This document shows positions 58,317-64,000 of a stretch of DNA of 64,000 nucleotides, in pieces (position 1 is the stretch's first letter; each line of letters begins with the position of its first letter). This DNA is from Candidatus Levyibacteriota bacterium (GTDB lineage Bacteria > Patescibacteriota > Microgenomatia > Levybacterales > UBA12049): contig JACQKQ010000033.1 in assembly GCA_016204465.1 (NCBI GenBank), positions 858-64,857 on the forward strand, read 5' to 3'. The notes beneath the pieces were generated by a model. That model did not search any database, had not been told where the DNA came from, and saw only the letters and a program-made list of their open reading frames with translations. Position numbers and translations under genes: made by a program.

Positions 58317-58330
58317 TTTATAATAATAAC

Positions 58331-58648
58331 ATGTTGTTGGTGTTTGTCAGTTTCGAAAATAAAAAAGATGCAGATAAGGTTGCCAATTATCTTATTGATC
58401 ATCATCTTGCAGCGTGTATTTCACTTGTTCGTACAAAGTCTTTTTATTTCTGGAAGCGAAAAAAGGTTCGCACAAACGAGATTGAAGGAATTATTAAAAC
58501 AACACGAGGAAAGCTCAAAAGCGTTCAAGATGCAATAGGGCAACTGCTATCCTATGAAATCCCTCAAATTATTGCTGTTGAGGCAAAAGACGTAAATGAG
58601 AAATATAAAAAATGGGTAGAAGGTGAGGTGAACACAGAGTGGACTTAG
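58331..58648 (+). CDS. cutA: divalent-cation tolerance protein CutA
   Basis: CutA1 fold signature (VANYLIDHHLAACISLV ... YEIPQIIAV). Confidence 0.7.
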   Translation: MLLVFVSFENKKDADKVANYLIDHHLAACISLVRTKSFYFWKRKKVRTNEIEGIIKTTRGKLKSVQDAIGQLLSYEIPQIIAVEAKDVNEKYKKWVEGEVNTEWT

Positions 58649-59010
58649 CGCAAAAACACTGTGTGCCTTGTGAAGGCGGCACTCCACCCTTAACAGACGA
58701 TCAGGAGGAGAAGATGTTCAAGCTTGTTGCGCATGACTCCTCGACAGGTTCGGGGCAAGCATCAGATTGGATGCTCGTTCGCGATGGCACGCATAAACTC
58801 ACTCGACAGTTTAAGTTCAAAAACTTTAAAGAGGCAATTTCCTTTATTAACAAGTTAGCTAATCTTGCAGAAAGAGAGCAGCACCATCCAGATATTAAAA
58901 TAGTCTACAACAGAGTGCAGTTGGAGCTTTTTACCCATGCTGTGGGAGGGCTTTCGGAAAACGACTTTATTATGGCCGTAAAAATAAATAAGCTTAAAAC
59001 CAACGTTTGA
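58639..59010 (+). CDS. pterin-4a-carbinolamine dehydratase
   Basis: EREQHHPDIKIVYNRVQLELFTH signature. Confidence 0.75.
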   Translation: MDLAQKHCVPCEGGTPPLTDDQEEKMFKLVAHDSSTGSGQASDWMLVRDGTHKLTRQFKFKNFKEAISFINKLANLAEREQHHPDIKIVYNRVQLELFTHAVGGLSENDFIMAVKINKLKTNV

Positions 59011-59995
59011 AGCGAAATACCACAAGCATTGCTAGTGAGGTAGTAAGCATAACAAAAATAATTATCCAAAACGCATTCGGATCACGGGCAAACGGAAGAT
59101 CTATATTCATACCATATAAACTTGCAAGTAAGTTTAATGGAAGAATAATTGCGGAGAAAATCGTTAGTACTTTTATTACCTGATTTGTTTTAGATGTAAG
59201 GAACGATTCGTTACTTTCGGATATGCCCTCTATTAACTCTCGCCCGTCTTCAAGCCGTTCCCAAATTTTATGCAAGTGGTCTAAAACGTTGCTCCAAAAT
59301 GGCTGCATTGCGCCATTGAGCTCTCGATACTCACCTTCCTCAAGCCGTCTAAAAATTGGAATCAGCGGTTTTATCATAGTTTGGAATACAACAATATTAC
59401 GTCTGGTAATGGAAATTTCTTCAAGCGTGCGTTCGGTTGGTACGTGTTCAAGTTCTTTATCAATCTTATCAATTGTTGCGTACAACTCGTTAAGTAAAGG
59501 GAAACATGTGTCAACTAAGGCGTCAACAACCCGATATGCCAAAAAAACAGTGCCTTGTCCCATAAACTCGTTTCGGTTGGGGAGCGTTTTTTGGCATTTT
59601 GCAAAAATATCGTTAATTGGGGAAAGAACTCCCTCGTGGAGGATAACAACATAGTCTTTGCCCACAAAGAAGTCAATTTGAGTGGTTGCCATGCGTTTTT
59701 TTCTTATAGAACCGGAGAAGGAGGGGAGGGGAACAGAGGAAAGTGCTGCTTGAGGAAAATTGAAGATATGAGATTTTTGCTCTGTATGATTAAGGCCAAC
59801 ATAGGGGAAATCCAGGACAATAAGCGCATACTCTTTATAAATTTCGACTTTTGGGGCCTGTGTCTTATTAATATAATCATCAAGATGGAGGCTATCAAAA
59901 CCATAGGTATTCCTGAGATATTTAACTTCAAACTCACCCGGATTAGTTACCAGTACAAATGAAAGATCGCGGAATTTTACCGTTTGAATATTCAT
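58994..59995 (-). CDS. corA: magnesium transporter CorA
   Basis: C-terminal two TM helices with YGMN motif (SLYGMNIDLPF). Confidence 0.8.
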   Translation of the reverse strand: MNIQTVKFRDLSFVLVTNPGEFEVKYLRNTYGFDSLHLDDYINKTQAPKVEIYKEYALIVLDFPYVGLNHTEQKSHIFNFPQAALSSVPLPSFSGSIRKKRMATTQIDFFVGKDYVVILHEGVLSPINDIFAKCQKTLPNRNEFMGQGTVFLAYRVVDALVDTCFPLLNELYATIDKIDKELEHVPTERTLEEISITRRNIVVFQTMIKPLIPIFRRLEEGEYRELNGAMQPFWSNVLDHLHKIWERLEDGRELIEGISESNESFLTSKTNQVIKVLTIFSAIILPLNLLASLYGMNIDLPFARDPNAFWIIIFVMLTTSLAMLVVFRFKRWF

Positions 59996-60113
59996 GGTAA
60001 GTAAATTGTAAACCTCATACCCTACTTGGTCAACCCCTGAAAAATTTTATGAAAAATAACTTTTCGGTACTTGACAGTTAGCAGATATTCTGCTAGAGTG
60101 CTAATAGTATCAA

Positions 60114-62504
60114 TTGACGCTCACTATGGAAAAACTAGTTCCTGTCATTCCGATAAGAGACGGAATAATTTTCCCTAATACAGACTCAGTTCTTACCTTT
60201 GGGAGGCCAAAAAGTCTTGCGGCCCTTGAATCCTCATTTCAAAGCGAACGCATCGTCTGTTTCGTTTTGCAAAAAAACGCAAAGCTCAACGATCCTTCTC
60301 CTTCAGATCTCTATGCCATAGGGACACTTTCTCGTATCGAGCGCATGATACGAACTGATGGAGAAATCAACGCGCAGGTTAGAGGTCTTTCTAGAGTTAA
60401 AATTATTGCATACGACGAACATGCATCACATTTACTTGCAAAAGTTGTTGAACTTCCTGATGTTGTTGAAGACTCACCGGAAATTAAAGCATTGTGCAAT
60501 CACCTTACAAGCGAATTTAGACGAGCCATGAATCTTGGCAAGCCGGCAGATTTTTTGGTGTTTATGAATATTATGTCGGAGAATTCTCCTGCCGAACTCT
60601 CCAATCTCATTTCTTCGGTATTAGACATTAAACCGCAAGAGCGACAGACGCTACTGGAAGAAGTGAGCGTTAAAGTTAGGCTTGAACGGATAGCCGAACT
60701 TTTAGCCCGTGAAATTAAGATTTTGGAACTTGAGCGAAAAATTGCATCAAAAACGCAAGAGCGATTTGAAAAGGGCGCACGGGAAGCAATGCTTCGGGAA
60801 AGGCTTAAGACAATCGAGAAAGAACTTGGCGAAGACGAAGAAGGATCCGAAACAAAAGAGCTTATGGATAAGATAAAAAAGGCCGGCATGCCAGAAGAGG
60901 TTGAGGAAAAAGCGCGAAAAGAAGTGAAAAAGCTTGGGCAAATGAACCAGTTTAATCCCGAAGCAGGCTACATTCGAAACTACCTTGAATGGCTCATTAG
61001 TCTTCCTTGGAGCATAGAAAGCAAAGAACAGATCAATATTAAAGCCGCAGAGAAAATTCTTAACGAAGATCATTTTGGGCTTAAAAAAATAAAAGAGCGT
61101 ATCACCGAATACCTCGCGGTCCACCAACTCTCTGGCAAAATGAAAGGGCCGATCCTCTGTTTTGTCGGACCACCGGGTGTTGGGAAAACATCTATTGGAA
61201 AATCAATTGCTCGGGCTTTGGGCCGTAAGTTTGTCCGCGTGTCGCTTGGCGGTATCAGGGATGAGGCAGAAATTAGAGGCCACCGCCGAACCTACGTTGG
61301 CGCGCTTCCTGGCCGCATTATCCAAGGTGTAAAAGATGCAGGGACAAAAAATCCTGTCTTTATGCTCGACGAGATTGACAAAGTGGGTACAGATTTTCGA
61401 GGCGATCCATCATCGGCCTTGCTTGAAGCACTTGACCCAGAGCAAAATAACCAGTTTTCAGATCACTATTTAGAAGTTCCGTTTGATCTTTCTGACGTTA
61501 TGTTTGTGACAACGGCAAACATTTTGGATACAATTCCGCCCGCGCTTAAAGATCGTTTGGAAATTATTCATTTTGCCGGCTATACGCACGATGAGAAGTT
61601 TCACATAGCTCATGACTTTTTGCTCAAAAAGCAGATGGAAGCACACGGGCTTTCTTCGGAAAAAGTAGACATTACCGACGAGGCAGTGAAGTTTGTCATC
61701 CACCATTATACAAGAGAAGCAGGAGTTCGAAGCCTCGAGCGTCAGCTTGCAACCATACTTCGAAAAGTTGCCAAGCTTGTTGCTCAAGGACGAAAAGAAA
61801 AGACAATTGTCAAACCAAAAGATGTTTCAAGGTTCCTTGGTCCCATTAAATTCAGAGGCACCATGCTTGAAAAGAAAGACGAGGTCGGTATGTCAACGGG
61901 ACTTGCTTGGACTGAAGCAGGAGGCGACATTCTCTTTATCGAAGTAGCTTTAATGCCGGGAAGAGGTAATCTTATCTTAACAGGCCAGCTTGGTGATGTT
62001 ATGAAGGAATCATGTCAAGCAGCAATGTCGTACATAAGAGCGCGGGCAAAATCACTTGGCTTGGCGGATAAATTCTACCAAAAGCTTGATGTGCACGTGC
62101 ACGTGCCTGAAGGAGCAGTTCCTAAAGATGGTCCATCAGCGGGTCTTGCTATTACTACAGCTATTATTTCCGCACTCACAAAAATTCCGGTTAAGCGAAG
62201 GGTGGGTATGACAGGAGAAATTACTCTTCGTGGTAGGGCGCTTGAAATTGGCGGCGTTAAAGAAAAAGTTATTGCAGCCCATCGAGCAGGACTGAAGACA
62301 ATCATCTTGCCAAAAGAAAACAAAAAAGACTTGGAGGATGTGCCAAAGGAAGTCATTCGCGACCTACGCTTTATCTTTGTCTCGCACATGGATGAAGCGT
62401 TGGGCGTTGCGCTTGTCAAGCAGTTTCCAAGGGAAAAAGTCGAGATTGTGAGTACGCCGCACCGTGCGATGCTCCATGCACCACAGCCCTACAAAGCAGA
62501 CTAA
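60114..62504 (+). CDS. lon: ATP-dependent Lon protease
   Basis: N-terminal LON domain, Walker A GPPGVGKTS, protease catalytic DGPSAG(L) serine motif. Confidence 0.9.
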   Translation: MTLTMEKLVPVIPIRDGIIFPNTDSVLTFGRPKSLAALESSFQSERIVCFVLQKNAKLNDPSPSDLYAIGTLSRIERMIRTDGEINAQVRGLSRVKIIAYDEHASHLLAKVVELPDVVEDSPEIKALCNHLTSEFRRAMNLGKPADFLVFMNIMSENSPAELSNLISSVLDIKPQERQTLLEEVSVKVRLERIAELLAREIKILELERKIASKTQERFEKGAREAMLRERLKTIEKELGEDEEGSETKELMDKIKKAGMPEEVEEKARKEVKKLGQMNQFNPEAGYIRNYLEWLISLPWSIESKEQINIKAAEKILNEDHFGLKKIKERITEYLAVHQLSGKMKGPILCFVGPPGVGKTSIGKSIARALGRKFVRVSLGGIRDEAEIRGHRRTYVGALPGRIIQGVKDAGTKNPVFMLDEIDKVGTDFRGDPSSALLEALDPEQNNQFSDHYLEVPFDLSDVMFVTTANILDTIPPALKDRLEIIHFAGYTHDEKFHIAHDFLLKKQMEAHGLSSEKVDITDEAVKFVIHHYTREAGVRSLERQLATILRKVAKLVAQGRKEKTIVKPKDVSRFLGPIKFRGTMLEKKDEVGMSTGLAWTEAGGDILFIEVALMPGRGNLILTGQLGDVMKESCQAAMSYIRARAKSLGLADKFYQKLDVHVHVPEGAVPKDGPSAGLAITTAIISALTKIPVKRRVGMTGEITLRGRALEIGGVKEKVIAAHRAGLKTIILPKENKKDLEDVPKEVIRDLRFIFVSHMDEALGVALVKQFPREKVEIVSTPHRAMLHAPQPYKAD

Positions 62505-62560
62505 AATCCTCTTGCACTCTTACGATTATCTGATATAATCCTCGTTAAGGATTTATTGCA

Positions 62561-63217
62561 ATGTTTTCTGTTGTCAAGCTAGATTTGCTTATTGCTATAT
62601 ACGTTTTTTGCGTTGTTATTGCCGAGGTGATGGGTGGCAAGACATTCCATATTCTTGACATTGGCTCCTACCCACTCAACGCAAGCGTTGCACTGTTTGT
62701 GGTACCGGCAATTTTTTCCATAAACGATATTGTCACCGAAGTCTACGGGCCGGAGCGGATGCGAAGCATCATCCGATCAACGCTCTTGGTAGTTGTATTG
62801 GTGCTGCTTTTTTCGCTTCTTGCCACAAATCTTCCTCCATCAAAACGGTTTGTGATAAATGAAGGTGCGTACGACACGATTTTTGGCCTTACCGCACGTA
62901 TTTCGGCAGCAAGTCTTACCGCATTTGCCGTTGCAGACTTTTTAGATGTGCTATTTTTTTCTAAAATCCGAAAGAGACTTGGAAAAAAAGCGTTATGGTT
63001 TCGCAATAATGCCTCTAATTTTATCTCGCAATTTATTGACTCAACGGTGTTTATTTTCTTGGCGTTTTACGCATTTGACAAGGGATTAGGTGATAATATC
63101 GGCTTTTTGTTCAGCCTCATCATTCCGTATTGGCTCTTAAAGACATTCATGTCAGTTGTCGAAACGCCGTTTGTGTACCTTGGGGTTAATTGGCTTAAAG
63201 ACGAGAAGAAAGCATGA
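62561..63217 (+). CDS. YhhQ/DUF165-family queuosine-precursor (vitamin uptake-type) transporter
   Basis: About 218 aa, six hydrophobic segments, family-like N-terminus. Confidence 0.5.
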   Translation: MFSVVKLDLLIAIYVFCVVIAEVMGGKTFHILDIGSYPLNASVALFVVPAIFSINDIVTEVYGPERMRSIIRSTLLVVVLVLLFSLLATNLPPSKRFVINEGAYDTIFGLTARISAASLTAFAVADFLDVLFFSKIRKRLGKKALWFRNNASNFISQFIDSTVFIFLAFYAFDKGLGDNIGFLFSLIIPYWLLKTFMSVVETPFVYLGVNWLKDEKKA

Positions 63218-63852
63218 TATACAAAAACCTGTCCTTTGAAAAACCCTCTAATCGCCCCTTCTTTTATTCAAGTTTTGTTGCAACTGCTGATGGGAAGGTG
63301 TGGGTAGGCAAGCCAGGCTACTGGCCAATCGGCAGTAAAACAGATTTTGAAACCTTCACGTATCTTCGCGCGCATGCGGATGCAATTATTGACGGCAAAG
63401 GCACGGCCATGCAATTCGGGAAGAATACGATTGAAACAGTCCACAGCGATTCGTTCAAGGCTATTCGAAAATCATTAGGGAAAGTTGGGGAGATTAGATA
63501 TTTTGTTGTGACAAAGCATCCGGATGAAGCCTTAGAAAAAAGACTTGCAAACCCCTTCAATTTTTCACCAGAAATATTTCAAGGAGATATTAATGAGCTT
63601 GTTCAGCAGCTTAAAAATGAGCAGCTTGATTATGTGTTTGTGGACGGCGGGCCGCACCTTTTGACTTCATTTTTAGATCATAATTTACTCGACGAACTCT
63701 TCATTACCATTGCCCCTCGGATTTTCGGCAACGACGGGAGCGCTATGACAATGGTTGAGGGATTATTGCTCGATCCTAAAAAGGTGCAGATGCAACTTCT
63801 TTCAGTCGAAAAAGCTGGAAACGAAGTGTTCCTTCGGTATAGATTAGGTTAA
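63214..63852 (+). CDS. dihydrofolate-reductase-like protein (RibD C-terminal domain family)
   Basis: C-terminal DYVFVDGGPHLLTSFLDHNLLDELFITIAPRIFG motif typical of the RibD_C/DHFR-like fold. Confidence 0.6.
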   Translation: MIYKNLSFEKPSNRPFFYSSFVATADGKVWVGKPGYWPIGSKTDFETFTYLRAHADAIIDGKGTAMQFGKNTIETVHSDSFKAIRKSLGKVGEIRYFVVTKHPDEALEKRLANPFNFSPEIFQGDINELVQQLKNEQLDYVFVDGGPHLLTSFLDHNLLDELFITIAPRIFGNDGSAMTMVEGLLLDPKKVQMQLLSVEKAGNEVFLRYRLG

Positions 63853-64000
63853 CTGAAAGAGACGAGTTAGGTCAAAAATAAACTTCAGGCCAATTACAAA
63901 AATTGCTCCCAAAACCACTTTTCTAAACTGTTTCTGCGGAATTTTGTTAACGGTTTGTTTGCCGGTAAATGACCCTAACAGCGCAACAAGTAAAAGCACA

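Overview
This is a gene-dense bacterial window of roughly 40% GC, with code 11 (TGA is used as a stop), many overlapping start/stop codons, few obvious Shine-Dalgarno sites and small housekeeping proteins. That architecture looks like a reduced Patescibacteria/CPR-type genome. Calls are by recognition of conserved motifs in the six-frame ORF track, with no database search possible.

Gene content, left to right:
- 18-10785: a large nucleotide-sugar/glycosylation supercluster (rmlA, cupin epimerase, Nudix, rmlB, rmlD, ugd, Rmd-like reductase, gmd, UDP-xylose synthase, GT2 Dpm1-like transferase, GT-C membrane transferase).
- 10888-19762: an Rrf2-regulated SUF Fe-S operon (sufC, sufB, a short sufD, sufS, sufU), a ferredoxin, and a 2-oxoacid:ferredoxin oxidoreductase korA/korB whose beta subunit is interrupted by a full intein with a LAGLIDADG homing endonuclease.
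- 20002-38136: secD/secF, an ABC-2 exporter, CCA-adding enzyme, recJ, aspS, gltX, dgkA, an EamA transporter and hypothetical genes.
- 38142-51468: a DUF3800-like gene, two two-component systems, and a cell-wall block (PBP1A, two D-Ala-D-Ala carboxypeptidases, a GH18+GH19 fusion hydrolase).
- 51625-56832: a GT39-like gene and tRNA-Gln(CUG), followed by a GC-rich, highly structured ~290-nt segment and a strongly AT-rich island. The island holds three tightly packed unknown minus-strand genes divergent from an HNH endonuclease gene. This is my best candidate for an undescribed accessory or defence-type system.
- 56890-63852: a remnant-like minus-strand ORF, a small coiled-coil ORF, a secreted SNase-Excalibur nuclease, cutA, a pterin dehydratase, corA, lon, a YhhQ-like transporter and a DHFR-like protein.

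A second unusual signal is a set of 7-nt-periodic A-rich tandem tracts (WTCAAAT, GTTCAAA, TGCAAAA, NAAAAAW) embedded in frame in conserved genes (sufC, sufS, secF, recJ, gltX) and in SUF intergenic spacers. A 28-nt stretch is identical between sufS and secF within their respective 35-nt tracts.
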